Shown: positions 9,723 to 20,033, counted from the stretch's first letter. The stretch: 39,798 nucleotides of DNA from an uncultured Candidatus Saccharibacteria bacterium (GCA_964535155.1 CAZHSR010000001.1:13896-53693), one strand, 5' to 3'. The notes: generated by a model from the sequence alone, not told the origin. Numbers and translations are program-made.

Positions 9723-10511
9723 GTGACAATAATACAAGGAGTGACAACAATTACAACTGCCAAAAAAACTAAATATTGGGAAGATCAAAAAATCGTTGAT
9801 AGATTTAACACTCATAAAGATATTTATGACATCCATCCTGATTCAGCAGTAAATATTTATGTTGGTTGGCCAGTTTTTTTTGAGCAAATAAAATACCAGG
9901 CAGAAGTTTTAGGAAAAAAGGTACTAAATATTCTTGATTTTGGATGTGGGGCAGGGGAGTTTGCACAAAAATTACATATGCAGGGTCACAATGTTGTTGG
10001 ACTGGATAGTTCAGAATCCTTATTGAAGATTGCCAAAAATGGCTCTCCCAAGACCATCCCATATTTTTTAACCGAAAATGGTGAAACTACTGGGGAGTAT
10101 AAAGAATTTGTTGGCCAAATGGATGTTGTGACAGCAATACACTCGCTAGAATGGAATGAAAATGTAAATGAGATAATTGATAACTTGTGTGAATTTTTGA
10201 TCCCTGAAGGACTACTACTTTTTGCTATCTTTCCTAAAGAACATGTTAAAGACTCCCTGAAAATTAAAGACCTCTTTGAGGATTTTGATTCAGAGGAAGA
10301 CCCGGAAGTTGGTTTTTGTAACTTTGAAGGAGTGAAAATTCCAGTATATATTAGAGATGCAATATATTTTGATGAACTGCTTTTAAGTAAAGGTTTTGAG
10401 AAGGTTTTGGAATTTTATCCTCATTATCCAAAATCCTTTTTAAATAAATATAAATGGAATGCATCTTTAAAACCTGAAATGCTTATATTGGCTTACAGAA
10501 AAGCCAGCTAG
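9723..10511 (+). CDS. class I SAM-dependent methyltransferase
   Basis: Motif I VLNILDFGCGAGEFAQKL and post-I VVGLDSS. GTG start according to the track. Confidence 0.8.
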   Translation: MTIIQGVTTITTAKKTKYWEDQKIVDRFNTHKDIYDIHPDSAVNIYVGWPVFFEQIKYQAEVLGKKVLNILDFGCGAGEFAQKLHMQGHNVVGLDSSESLLKIAKNGSPKTIPYFLTENGETTGEYKEFVGQMDVVTAIHSLEWNENVNEIIDNLCEFLIPEGLLLFAIFPKEHVKDSLKIKDLFEDFDSEEDPEVGFCNFEGVKIPVYIRDAIYFDELLLSKGFEKVLEFYPHYPKSFLNKYKWNASLKPEMLILAYRKAS

Positions 10512-10516
10512 AGCTT

Positions 10517-11416
10517 TTAAACTTTCTTTGTAATAGTATATTTCTTGAGAAAATGATCTGGATTATACGAAACCTTAGCTTTTCGTAAACCCTCAAGACC
10601 AGTATCCTGCTCAACATTTTGAAATTTATAGCCGTTCTCAAACAAAAATTTGGCTGTAACATATTCCATCATGTAAAAACTGGAATTGTAATCCCTGTTA
10701 GATGCCCCAAAATGACTGAGAACTATTTCTTTGTTTAGTACCTCGCTGGAAAGGTAAGCCGCCATAACTCCTTCCACATAAAGACCTAAAGTTATACTTT
10801 CAAAGAAGGGAAGGTGTTTAAAATATGTATTAATAATGCCACCTTCTTCTATAATCTTTTCTTCATCAAAACCTTTGTCCAAAAACCACTTGTGACTTAA
10901 ATCTTGAATTTCCTTTAGCACTTGAGAATCATTTATATCCAAGGGCTTAACTTCATATTTTGGAAACATTCGTGTAAAAATGTTTATCTCTTGCCGAAGG
11001 TGCTTAAACTTGGGACCTTGGGTCTCACATACTTTTTGAGTGGAATAAATATAGTCAAAACTGTCTCGGTCGGGTTGGATGTCAAAATCTTCACTTGAGG
11101 AGAGATTTAAAATAACATCTTCTGGAACAAAGGAAAGTTGAGGCATATCTTGCAATAAGGTATGAAGCGACTCCTCAATATTATTCCTTCCCAATATAGA
11201 ATATACGTTACCTTCTCCCAAATAGTCTTTAATTCTTATGACCAAATTCTCATCCAGTATTGAAAAGCTATTATCCTCATTTGCATTCCAAGAAAGTAAA
11301 CTTAATATATTGAAATCGGAGTATGAAGGGAATTCTTTGCAAAAGCTAGAAAAGAAATCTTTATCGCCTATGGTAACTTTTTTAAAATCTGGATATTGTG
11401 CAAAGTCTTTTTCCAC
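10517..11416 (-). CDS. DUF2156-like (lysyl-PG synthase C-terminal-like) protein
   Basis: Size (299 aa) and the N-terminal pattern (KKVTIGDKDFFSSF...YSDFNILSLLSWN) resemble the DUF2156 family. From memory only. Confidence 0.45.
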   Translation of the reverse strand: MEKDFAQYPDFKKVTIGDKDFFSSFCKEFPSYSDFNILSLLSWNANEDNSFSILDENLVIRIKDYLGEGNVYSILGRNNIEESLHTLLQDMPQLSFVPEDVILNLSSSEDFDIQPDRDSFDYIYSTQKVCETQGPKFKHLRQEINIFTRMFPKYEVKPLDINDSQVLKEIQDLSHKWFLDKGFDEEKIIEEGGIINTYFKHLPFFESITLGLYVEGVMAAYLSSEVLNKEIVLSHFGASNRDYNSSFYMMEYVTAKFLFENGYKFQNVEQDTGLEGLRKAKVSYNPDHFLKKYTITKKV

Positions 11417-11462
11417 GGAGGAATTATAACAAAATAGAATTTGTGTTATTATAAAAATCTAT

Positions 11463-12194
11463 ATGGGAACAATTTTATTAATTACAGCAGCAATATTAGG
11501 AACAGGAGCATCCTTAATTTTTGTAGAGTATTTGGCCGAAGCTTCCTTAATAACCGCTTTTTTCCTAGCAATTGCAATTTGGCTACCCACGAACACAGTC
11601 TTTGTCAAAGGTTTAACAGTGGTAAAAAATGTAGGCGTTGCCCTTGTAATATTTACCATATCCTCTACCATTTCAGACACACTTGGTGGATTATTCCTTC
11701 AGGGAGCCATACAAAATGTAAAAAACCCTTATTTTATAATCATGGGTCTAACTGCGGGAATAGCTGTAATAGTCCTGCAATCAAAGGAAAATACCGAGGA
11801 AAAAAAGGCAGATCCGCACAGAGAAAAATTACTATACATTGCTGGAATCTTAAGTCTTGGATTAGCAATTATCTTTAGAGAAGTATGGTGGATTCTTATA
11901 ATAATATATGGACTTGTAAATCTTTGGACAGCTTCTTGGGCAGATAAAATGTCGGAAAATCATTCCCTATATATAACCGCAATAGCAACATCGGCGCCAT
12001 TAATTTTTGTTGTAATGATTCTTCTCCAAGAGGTAGGAAATGTTGCTATTGTAGGGCCTTCAGCAACAATTATGAGTTGTGGAATGGCAATAGTAGGGGA
12101 TAAGTGGAGAACAAAAACGCCTCAAAATTTAAGAGGGGCATTCTTGGTGGCTTTATCCGCACTATGCATCGGTTTGATTTACTTTAGCTTCTGA
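11463..12194 (+). CDS. polytopic membrane protein, unknown function
   Basis: 243 aa with several hydrophobic helices. The alternative-frame ORFs 11441-11878 and 11459-11680 are rejected. Confidence 0.6.
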   Translation: MGTILLITAAILGTGASLIFVEYLAEASLITAFFLAIAIWLPTNTVFVKGLTVVKNVGVALVIFTISSTISDTLGGLFLQGAIQNVKNPYFIIMGLTAGIAVIVLQSKENTEEKKADPHREKLLYIAGILSLGLAIIFREVWWILIIIYGLVNLWTASWADKMSENHSLYITAIATSAPLIFVVMILLQEVGNVAIVGPSATIMSCGMAIVGDKWRTKTPQNLRGAFLVALSALCIGLIYFSF

Positions 12195-12337
12195 TAGCTT
12201 CATAATATTTCACAAGCATAAGCTCAAAATTTTCATAAATCCCATAATAAGTATTGACAGTCGCAATTTTTTATCTATTATAGACAAAGTAGGTAAATAT
12301 CTTTTTTCAAGTATTAAGATAAGCCCACTGCTCAAAT

Positions 12338-13150
12338 ATGAAGCTAAGAAAAACACTGACATTCTTGTGCACACTACTCTTCCTTTTATACTCTCTTTTA
12401 TGGCTCTATTTGGAATTATTTGTGAGCCCAGAAAGTCCTATCCGAGGCTATTATTCCCTAACTTACGGAATTGTTGCAGGGTTTGGCGGAATAGTTGGCT
12501 TAATAGTAGCCAAAAAATGGGGTGGAAGAAAAAGCTATGTTGGTAAATCCCTAATTTTCTTTTCTCTAGGACTTTTATTTCAATTTTTGGGCCAAAACAC
12601 TTATTCAATCCAATACCTAATCGATGGGATTGAAAATTCATACCCATCTTATGGAGAAATATTCTTTGTTTCTACTATACCAAGCTATATTTTAGGTGTC
12701 TGGTATATTGCAAAAGCCTCAGGCTCTTGGGAATCACTAAAATCAGCAAAAGTTAAGCTCCTTTCAACAGTCCTTCCTGCTTTAATGGTTATTACTTCAT
12801 ATTATTTCTTTGTAAAAGGAACCATGGAAGAGGGGCAATCTCTGCTTATCTCTGCATTGAACTTTACCTATCCAATGGGGCAAGCAATATTTGTATCCAT
12901 GGCTATAATGGCATATTTTCTATCTAATAAATTCCTTGGAGGAATCATGAAGAGAAGAGTTATATTTATACTGGCAGCACTTGTATTTCAATACATTGCG
13001 GACACAGTATTTTTATATAAAAGCATATATGGAACTTTTTACATGGCAGATTTTACGGAGTTTTTGTTTGCAATATCTTATGCAATTATGACTTTCTCCT
13101 TCCTTGACTTTTTTAAAGTTTCTATACAACTGCAAGAGGGAAACCAATGA
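12338..13150 (+). CDS. polytopic membrane protein, unknown function
   Basis: 270 aa, about 7 hydrophobic segments. Its stop overlaps the next start (ATGA at 13147). Confidence 0.6.
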   Translation: MKLRKTLTFLCTLLFLLYSLLWLYLELFVSPESPIRGYYSLTYGIVAGFGGIVGLIVAKKWGGRKSYVGKSLIFFSLGLLFQFLGQNTYSIQYLIDGIENSYPSYGEIFFVSTIPSYILGVWYIAKASGSWESLKSAKVKLLSTVLPALMVITSYYFFVKGTMEEGQSLLISALNFTYPMGQAIFVSMAIMAYFLSNKFLGGIMKRRVIFILAALVFQYIADTVFLYKSIYGTFYMADFTEFLFAISYAIMTFSFLDFFKVSIQLQEGNQ

Positions 13151-13377
13151 AACCAGAAACATTAGTACAAGATATTATTAAAGAGCAGAGCCAAATAATA
13201 GGCGAAAATTTGGCAATAAGTAGGGCTAAATCCAGTGGGGCTGTTATCTTTAGTTCAAATAGCATTGAGGGTTTGCAATTTGCCACAACTAACTATATTG
13301 AAGCACTAGAAAAAGTAATTGGATCTTATGAGGAAGTATTTGGAAAGCCTCATTTGAAGTTTGTGTCTCTGTTATAA
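13147..13377 (+). CDS. hypothetical protein (76 aa)
   Basis: Start is translationally coupled to the upstream membrane protein. Confidence 0.4.
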   Translation: MKPETLVQDIIKEQSQIIGENLAISRAKSSGAVIFSSNSIEGLQFATTNYIEALEKVIGSYEEVFGKPHLKFVSLL

Positions 13378-13445
13378 AAAGATACCCAAAAGAAGATGTA
13401 ATAAATTTTGTACCACAAAAAGTGGCAACAAGGATATAAGGGATT

Positions 13446-13823
13446 ATGGGTTTATTAAATAAAAAATTGGTTCTGATTGTAGAAGATGATCCTCAGTTGG
13501 GCAAAATTTACACAGATATTCTTACTAAATCAGGATATGAGGCGCGTTTGGCATCTGGAGCAGGTCTCGGATTAGAGTTGATAGACAGTCTTAAATGGGA
13601 CTTGTTACTACTGGATATAATGCTTCCTATTAGAGATGGAATTTCTATACTAAAGGAAATGGGAGAGAAGCAGCTGAAAAAAGGGAAGATTATTATGCTC
13701 ACAAACTTAAATAACGACAATATTATTCATGACGCGTTTAAGTATGGTGCGGATGGTTACATTATAAAATCAGAGGTAACTCCTGGGGGGCTTATTCAAG
13801 AGATAGAGGGGGTCCTTAAATAA
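13446..13823 (+). CDS. single-domain response regulator (CheY-like receiver)
   Basis: VEDD acidic pocket, phospho-acceptor LLLLDIMLP, and a conserved K in GADGYIIKS. Confidence 0.85.
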   Translation: MGLLNKKLVLIVEDDPQLGKIYTDILTKSGYEARLASGAGLGLELIDSLKWDLLLLDIMLPIRDGISILKEMGEKQLKKGKIIMLTNLNNDNIIHDAFKYGADGYIIKSEVTPGGLIQEIEGVLK

Positions 13824-13835
13824 AGTAGCAAAATT

Positions 13836-14582
13836 CTATTTTTCCGACACTTCAACCGAAACGATTGAAACTGGCTCTTTTGGCTTGGACATTTCCCCAG
13901 TTAAACTTCTATCCACTGGAGCTGTTGCTATAGCGTCAACAACTTCCATTCCATTTGTGACCTTGCCAAAAATTACATAATTTTTGGGTAGGGGATAGTC
14001 AGCGTGCATAATAAAAAACTGGCTTCCGTTTGTGTCTGGGCCAGAATTTGCCATTGCTACAGTGCCACGGGTATATTCGCCAGTAAAGGGTTCGTCTGCA
14101 AATTTGTAGCCAGGGCCTCCCATGCCTGTACCTTCGGGGCATCCGCCTTGGATCATGAACCCTTCGATTACGCGGTGGAAAATTGTGTCATTGTAAAAGC
14201 CATTTTTGGAGAGGTCTACAAAGTTTTGAACGGTTTTGGGGGTTTGGTTGGTGTTGAGGGCAATTGTAATGTCGCCTTTGGTGGTTTTTAAGGTGACAAT
14301 GTAGGCTTTTTCTTCTTTTTCTTCCTCTACAGCTCCAACCGAAGGATTTTCCAGGCCATCCTCTGCGGGAGTCGTATTTTCTGCAGGGGATATACTTTCG
14401 ACTCGGGTTTCTGCCACAGAGGAAACTCCTAATTTCTCTCCGTTTTCTTTGGCTAATGATAAATTATCAGAATTGCCGGAACTATTGTCTAAATTACTAT
14501 TTTTTGATTTTTTAAAGAAAAACATAAATCCTCCTATGGAAAAAAATATTATTACTAGTGCCATTACATATCCTTTTTGCAT
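13836..14582 (-). CDS. membrane-anchored cyclophilin-type peptidyl-prolyl cis-trans isomerase
   Basis: N-terminal TM helix and low-complexity linker, then FHRVIEGFMIQGG...GSQFFI cyclophilin signatures. Confidence 0.9.
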   Translation of the reverse strand: MQKGYVMALVIIFFSIGGFMFFFKKSKNSNLDNSSGNSDNLSLAKENGEKLGVSSVAETRVESISPAENTTPAEDGLENPSVGAVEEEKEEKAYIVTLKTTKGDITIALNTNQTPKTVQNFVDLSKNGFYNDTIFHRVIEGFMIQGGCPEGTGMGGPGYKFADEPFTGEYTRGTVAMANSGPDTNGSQFFIMHADYPLPKNYVIFGKVTNGMEVVDAIATAPVDRSLTGEMSKPKEPVSIVSVEVSEK

Positions 14583-14629
14583 AAATCTATTATAGCAATA
14601 ACCCCTTTAAAAATGCTATCCTTTCTATA

Positions 14630-15652
14630 ATGGCTAATCTTGAAGAATGGAACTATCCTACACCAGAGGGTCAAACTACACATGAAGCAGTTGCCGAAGC
14701 ATTGGGAGTTATTGCTGATGCAATTGAGTCACTGGAAGAAAAACAGTTAGTTGAGGGGGTTTCAATAGTAATGTACGGGAGCTCAGTCACCGAATTTCGG
14801 CAACCTTCGGATATAGATGTCATTCTAATTTATGACAAACTGACCCCTTTTTGGCATAGCGAGGAGGAGACAAGAGACCATGCGCGAATGGAAGAATTTT
14901 GCAAGGAACATGGACTTAGCGATTTAGAGAGCCTGTTACTAAAAAGACTTTTTGGACAATCGTTTACAACCTTCTCGCTAGATACTCCACATGAAAGAGA
15001 TATAAAAAAAGATAGATTGAGTTTGGATATTACAGTTATTTCAAAAAAGGTTTTTCTAGAAAGCAAATCACAAGGAATTCCTCAAACAGAGGGAAGCACG
15101 CAAGAATCTGTGAAAAGGGGAAAGAGAATGAACGAAATAGAGGCTTGCATGAGGATGGAAGATTCTTATATGCATTACAGTGAAGCACCATACCTAGATA
15201 CAGAGACCGAAACAGTTATTGTAACATTTCCAATACTTATGGAAAAGCTACTAGGACAACCTTTTGATGAGTATGATACTGCCTTTACTCAGAACTTACT
15301 GGGATTACCAGAAGGCGTAACAGGGGAAGAGCTTTTGCAGGAATTTATACAATGGTATGCGTCAAAGATACCAGATAGAACGATAAGTGAAGAATTAGCA
15401 AATATTGAGGGAAAATCCAAGGAGGATATTAAAACACTCTTAAAAGATGTTTTGGATACTAATGCAGAATACTTAACTCCAAAAGAGGCATCAACATACA
15501 GGGCGGGATTTAGAAATTATATGCAAGCCTCTAATTTTATGCAGGGTTTAAATGATAGAAATGCTATTTTAATATATGGAAAAAATATTCTGACTCAAGG
15601 AAAAAAACCCTTATTCATGGAGGATAGAGATTTCATAAAACGGAAACCCTAG
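14630..15652 (+). CDS. nucleotidyltransferase-domain protein
   Basis: Pol-beta-type NTase motif VMYGSSVTEFRQPSDIDVILIY in the N-terminal third. The remainder is unassigned. Confidence 0.55.
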   Translation: MANLEEWNYPTPEGQTTHEAVAEALGVIADAIESLEEKQLVEGVSIVMYGSSVTEFRQPSDIDVILIYDKLTPFWHSEEETRDHARMEEFCKEHGLSDLESLLLKRLFGQSFTTFSLDTPHERDIKKDRLSLDITVISKKVFLESKSQGIPQTEGSTQESVKRGKRMNEIEACMRMEDSYMHYSEAPYLDTETETVIVTFPILMEKLLGQPFDEYDTAFTQNLLGLPEGVTGEELLQEFIQWYASKIPDRTISEELANIEGKSKEDIKTLLKDVLDTNAEYLTPKEASTYRAGFRNYMQASNFMQGLNDRNAILIYGKNILTQGKKPLFMEDRDFIKRKP

Positions 15653-15709
15653 AATCCCAAAATTAAGGAGTAATCCCTTGTTTTGCCTAGTTTTTGGTAA
15701 CATCTAATT

Positions 15710-16240
15710 ATGAGAATTATTCAAGATAGTATTCAGGTTCTGTTGGTTCTAGAATACCTTCCTGTCAATATTACTGATTTTTTTGCATGCAAGGACAATC
15801 CCATATATGTTGAAAATCTTTTAAATGCCTTTAATCGAGCAGGTATTAACATTACTTCATTACAAGAGATTGTTAATAAAGGATTTTATACTACAACAGC
15901 AATAAAATCCAAGGAGGTTACATATCCAATAGAAAAAAGTTTAATTGAGAAGGATTCCTTTCAATTAGAGAAAGAAATCAGCAAATTCCATAATCTAAAA
16001 GCGATTTTATTAATGGGGGACACTGCAATTAAATCCTTCTATTACATCTCAAAGAGAATCACTGGCAAAAGGGCTATTACATCTGGCTCAACATATAAGA
16101 TTAGAGATGGTGAGTACTACCTTAATGGAGTTAGATTATTTCCTTCATACTCCCCCATAGGTAAGAATTTTCTGATTGAAAAAGCCAAACAAGGAATGGT
16201 GATTGAGGACATAAAAACTGCTTATGCATATATAAAGTAA
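15710..16240 (+). CDS. uracil-DNA glycosylase superfamily-like protein (catalytic motifs degenerate)
   Basis: The overall layout (VLLVLEYLP ... ILLMGDTA ... LFPSYSP) parallels UDG family 4/5 motif positions, but GEAPG is not conserved. Confidence 0.35.
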   Translation: MRIIQDSIQVLLVLEYLPVNITDFFACKDNPIYVENLLNAFNRAGINITSLQEIVNKGFYTTTAIKSKEVTYPIEKSLIEKDSFQLEKEISKFHNLKAILLMGDTAIKSFYYISKRITGKRAITSGSTYKIRDGEYYLNGVRLFPSYSPIGKNFLIEKAKQGMVIEDIKTAYAYIK

Positions 16241-16242
16241 AA

Positions 16243-16470
16243 ATGAAAATCACTGTAATTGCACATCCAAATTCCAAAAAACAAGAAATCGTTAAAGATT
16301 TGGAAGGAACTCTACATATTTATACAAAAGAGCCAGCACAGGAAGGGAGAGCAAATAAGACAATTATAGAAGCTTTAGCAAAACACTTTGATGTATCAAA
16401 ATCTCAGGTTAAGTTAGTGAAGGGACATAAATCAAAACAGAAGATTTTTGAAATAAATTCGACGGAGTAA
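16243..16470 (+). CDS. DUF167 (YggU) family protein
   Basis: EGRANKTIIEALAKHFDVSKSQVKLVKGHKSKQKIFEI matches the GKAN...V.G..S..K pattern of DUF167. Confidence 0.75.
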   Translation: MKITVIAHPNSKKQEIVKDLEGTLHIYTKEPAQEGRANKTIIEALAKHFDVSKSQVKLVKGHKSKQKIFEINSTE

Positions 16471-16493
16471 AGTTACCTAGCGAGAATCCGTTG

Positions 16494-16516
16494 GGCGAGG
16501 CGGGCAGATCCTCGCC
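16494..16516 (+). terminator. stem-loop GGCGAGG-N9-CCTCGCC followed by TTTAAT
   Basis: 7-bp GC-rich stem between convergent genes. The U-tract is short. Confidence 0.4.
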
Positions 16517-16534
16517 TTTAATACACCCAACATC

Positions 16535-16798
16535 TTATTTATTGGCTCCGGTTTTGGTGCCAACTTTAGATTGAACTTTGTTCTGAGTCATCACTTGACT
16601 CTGGGTTTTAACTTGGGCTTTGTTCTGAAGCTTTTTAGTAGCCCCTTTGTTCATAACAGCCTTTTTTACAGCTGCTTTAACTTGCTTCATCACTGTAGCT
16701 TTGGTTTGAATTTGAGCTTTAGCTTGGGTTGCGGCGTAAGCTTTTGAAGAACCTGCTAACATTACAACCATAGCAATTGCTATTAAAGTTTTAAACAT
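16535..16798 (-). CDS. small secreted Lys/Ala/Gln-rich protein (87 aa)
   Basis: Signal peptide MFKTLIAIAMVVMLAGSSKAYA and a strong AGGAGG Shine-Dalgarno upstream. Low-complexity KxQ repeats. Confidence 0.6.
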   Translation of the reverse strand: MFKTLIAIAMVVMLAGSSKAYAATQAKAQIQTKATVMKQVKAAVKKAVMNKGATKKLQNKAQVKTQSQVMTQNKVQSKVGTKTGANK

Positions 16799-16959
16799 AA
16801 TAATTACCTCCTTACAATAAAATAACTAAGTGGTGATTTGGCGAATATATCCGGCTTATTAGCCAAATCAGAGAAGTGTACCTCAAAAGCGCCCCATAGT
16901 CAAGAGGTAAGGGGGCACACTCTTTAATTCTTTAAGGAAAAATGGCAAGGGAGAAAAAA

Positions 16960-18411
16960 TTAAATTTCACTCAATACACCCTCACGCAAATTCAAAACCT
17001 TCTCCACACCCACCCGCTCAACAAAAAACCTATCGTGCGAGACCAGAAGCAAGGTTCCCTTATACTCACGCAAAGAATTTTCCAGAATCTCTTTGGTATC
17101 AATATCCAAGTGGTTATCTGGCTCATCTAAAACGAGCATGTCATAATTTTTGGAAGCAAAAATTGCAAAGGCAAACCGCGCCCGTTGCCCTGGACTTAAT
17201 TCTCCAACCTGTTTTTGTACATCCTCTCGATCAAACATATATTTTCTCAGTGCCACAAAAGCATTTCCATAGTAACAACCTGTGGATTCAATAAATGTTT
17301 CCAGTAAATTTTTCCCAAAATCCAGATGAGTTTGTTTTTGCACAAAGTAACCGATTTTTAGATTTTCTCCAATAGTAATCTCCCCACTGGAAGGGGTTTC
17401 ATCGCCTTTTAGCAGGTTTACAATTGTGGACTTTCCAGCGCCATTTGGGCCAAAGAGCCAAATTTTTTGACCTCCTCGAATTTCAAAGTCGAGATTTTCA
17501 AAAACCTTTTTTTCTCCATAAAATTTTGAGACCTCGGCAAACCTAACCATTAATTTTGAGTGCGTAATTCCGGTTTCAAAGCCAATTTTGCGCATCTTTT
17601 TATCCACATATTTTTCTTTCTCATTTTCTCCGCCAACTTCTCTTTCGATTCTTTTCTTAGTGGAAGAAATTGCCTTGCTTCGCTTTTTTCCATCCTTTAT
17701 TCGGTGCACATTTTCTAAAAGTGTCTCTAACTGGGATTTATGCTTTAAAAATCTCACATACTCCGCATCCCATTTATTCACCAGGCGCAATTTTTCCTCC
17801 TTGTAAAAGTCATAATCACCCGCAAATCTTAAGAGCTTTTTGTTATCAATTTCCCAAATCTCATCCACTGTGTTGTTTAAAAATTGCCTGTCATGAGAAA
17901 TCATTAGAACGGTCTTGTTAAGCGATTTGATGTACTTTTCAAACCATAAAATCCCTTCAATATCTAGGTGGTTTGTTGGTTCGTCAATTAACAAAAGAGT
18001 GGGTTCTTGCAACAGAATTGCTAGGACTTCTAGTTTCATCTTTTGTCCTTCGCTTAAAGTGCCAATTTCTTGATACTGATCAAAATTATGAAATTCTAGG
18101 TCTGCAACAAGTTTTTCTACTCTATAAAATTCCCATGGGTTTTCTAGGTAGGTTTCTAGGTATTCGCCAACTAACTGCTCCTGCGAAGGGAAGTTGAACT
18201 CCTGCGGGATATAGCCAATTATTTCGCCCTCATTTTTAACGGAGCCTGTATCTGTGGTTAGTTCTCCTGAGATCAGCTTTAGCAGGGTTGATTTCCCGCA
18301 ACCGTTTTTTCCCACAAGGGCAACCTTCTGCTTGTTTCCAAGTTTAAAATCAACACCTTCAATAATTGAGGTGCTTGTAAAGGTTTTACTAACATTTGAG
18401 CCAATTATCAT
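16960..18411 (-). CDS. ABC-F family ATPase (two ABC domains, no TM domain)
   Basis: Two Walker A motifs (GKNGCGKST, GPNGAGKST) and two signature motifs (LSEGQKMK, LSPGQRAR), with an inter-domain linker. Confidence 0.9.
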   Translation of the reverse strand: MIIGSNVSKTFTSTSIIEGVDFKLGNKQKVALVGKNGCGKSTLLKLISGELTTDTGSVKNEGEIIGYIPQEFNFPSQEQLVGEYLETYLENPWEFYRVEKLVADLEFHNFDQYQEIGTLSEGQKMKLEVLAILLQEPTLLLIDEPTNHLDIEGILWFEKYIKSLNKTVLMISHDRQFLNNTVDEIWEIDNKKLLRFAGDYDFYKEEKLRLVNKWDAEYVRFLKHKSQLETLLENVHRIKDGKKRSKAISSTKKRIEREVGGENEKEKYVDKKMRKIGFETGITHSKLMVRFAEVSKFYGEKKVFENLDFEIRGGQKIWLFGPNGAGKSTIVNLLKGDETPSSGEITIGENLKIGYFVQKQTHLDFGKNLLETFIESTGCYYGNAFVALRKYMFDREDVQKQVGELSPGQRARFAFAIFASKNYDMLVLDEPDNHLDIDTKEILENSLREYKGTLLLVSHDRFFVERVGVEKVLNLREGVLSEI

Positions 18412-18452
18412 GAGGTTGATTGTACCAAATTACCTATAACTTGAGTAACTTG

Positions 18453-18595
18453 AGGGATTATCCTTGGCGGTTTTGGGGGTATAGACTGTTGCAATGGTGC
18501 AAAACCAGGATAGCGTAAAGGATAATCCTTGAGGGGATTCGTATTTCAGACTCTCACTAAAGCCCAAAGCCCTACTCTGTCCAAGGATTATCCTT
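18453..18595. repeat. palindrome array 1: AgGGATTATCCTT 18453-18465, AAGGATAATCCTT 18518-18530, AAGGATTATCCTT 18583-18595
   Basis: Read directly. The start-to-start spacing is exactly 65 bp twice. Confidence 0.9.
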
Positions 18596-18626
18596 AAAAA
18601 ACTTAAAAAAATGTTAAAATTTAGGT

Positions 18627-19085
18627 ATGCACACAAAAGTACAAACAATTTTTCCTTTTTTAATTTCCTTGCTGATTCTGAGCTTTCTAAGTTTTATTTT
18701 TGCAGTCAATAGGACAAATTTTTCCCAATGTAACCAATGCACAAATATAGACCAACCCCAAGAAACCCAAATAATTAACTCATTAGGGGAAGACATTGGG
18801 CAAATGCTAATAGGCACAATTAAAAAGGAAACTATACCAGAAGAACTAGAACTTGGTGACTACTGGTACTGGATGTATTTTGAGCCACAAGCATTACTTG
18901 TAAATAACGCTTTTGGTAATCCCTTATATATAGGCAAAATTCAAATTAATCCGCCAGAGGCCCAAGACATTTATCCAATTGACGATTTTTTGTATAAACA
19001 AGTGGAAGTTTATGGCTATCAAACATGGGGATATGCGGAAAGCTCTGTTTTTCAGGCACTCTCATTAAGAATCTACGAAAAATAG
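18627..19085 (+). CDS. hypothetical secreted/anchored protein (152 aa)
   Basis: An N-terminal hydrophobic segment (IFPFLISLLILSFLSFIFAV), then a soluble domain. Confidence 0.55.
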   Translation: MHTKVQTIFPFLISLLILSFLSFIFAVNRTNFSQCNQCTNIDQPQETQIINSLGEDIGQMLIGTIKKETIPEELELGDYWYWMYFEPQALLVNNAFGNPLYIGKIQINPPEAQDIYPIDDFLYKQVEVYGYQTWGYAESSVFQALSLRIYEK

Positions 19086-19182
19086 CGAAGCATCGTTGTG
19101 AATATCCTCTGTTTCTCTGATATATGAACTTACATATAAGAGCGTGAGTCCATAAAAAGAAGATAAAAAAATAATGGGACTA

Positions 19183-19875
19183 CTAAACAATAGGGGCTAC
19201 ATAAAAAGTAAAGACCCCATCTTCTCCAAGGGTTTTTGCTACACGATTATCATCTATAACCTTGACGTTTAAACCCCGGTCTCGCAAATTCCACACGATA
19301 GTAAGTTTTCTTTCATGATCACCATCTGGGTAAACACCAATTTCTCTAAAATGAGCCTTCACTACTGGGGAAGGAGCTTGCCCGCGACATGAATATAGGT
19401 GAGATGTATCAAAAAAATCAGCTATGGAACCCAACTGATCAGGCATCTCTAATTGCGTATTTAAATCTATTCTATTACTAAGAAGCCCATTGCGGATTGT
19501 TGGAAAATTTCCTCTTAGATATGGGAGTAAAAAAGGAAGAGAGGGCCTAAGTTTCCATTCTAAAACCTCACCACCATCTTCAGCAACTACTGGAAAGTAT
19601 TTTCCTAAAGTATCATCAATATCCCAAAGGACTAAAGGCTCGGGCTCCACAGACCATTTCTCATATGCAGCAACTACTACTTTGCAAAACCCCTTCTCCT
19701 TTTCTAGTGCTTTTTTATAGTCCTCAAGAAGTTCTTCTTTTGTAAGCCAAGATGCATCAGGAGAGATCTCAATTTTTCTCTTTACTTCAAACTCTAACAT
19801 CGGGGATACCCAAGATAAAAATTCATCGGGAGACATGTCTATAGTGGACTCATATTGAGTGGGAGCGATGGACAT
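19183..19875 (-). CDS. HAD-superfamily-like hydrolase
   Basis: DxDxT motif I in LVLWDIDDTLG, a possible motif II LLSNR, and motif IV VIDDN. Confidence 0.45.
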   Translation of the reverse strand: MSIAPTQYESTIDMSPDEFLSWVSPMLEFEVKRKIEISPDASWLTKEELLEDYKKALEKEKGFCKVVVAAYEKWSVEPEPLVLWDIDDTLGKYFPVVAEDGGEVLEWKLRPSLPFLLPYLRGNFPTIRNGLLSNRIDLNTQLEMPDQLGSIADFFDTSHLYSCRGQAPSPVVKAHFREIGVYPDGDHERKLTIVWNLRDRGLNVKVIDDNRVAKTLGEDGVFTFYVAPIV

Positions 19876-19955
19876 AATGAAAATATACCATTTTTTAGAA
19901 AAAACAGAGAAAGGTCTGCGATTGTAGTGCTAGTCATAAAGAGTCATAGAAAGGA

Positions 19956-20033
19956 AAGGATAATCCTTGAGGGGATTCGTATTTCAGACTCTCACTAAAG
20001 CCTAAAACCCCACTCCAGCCAAGGATTATCCTT
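19956..20033. repeat. palindrome array 2: AAGGATAATCCTT 19956-19968, AAGGATTATCCTT 20021-20033
   Basis: 65-bp spacing. The whole 78-bp unit is 72/78 identical to 18518-18595. Confidence 0.9.

Noticed and set aside
18430-18817. Track ORFs 18430-18648 (-) and 18614-18817 (-)
   Set aside because: They run through palindrome array 1 and antisense to the 18627-19085 gene. They have no coding signature.
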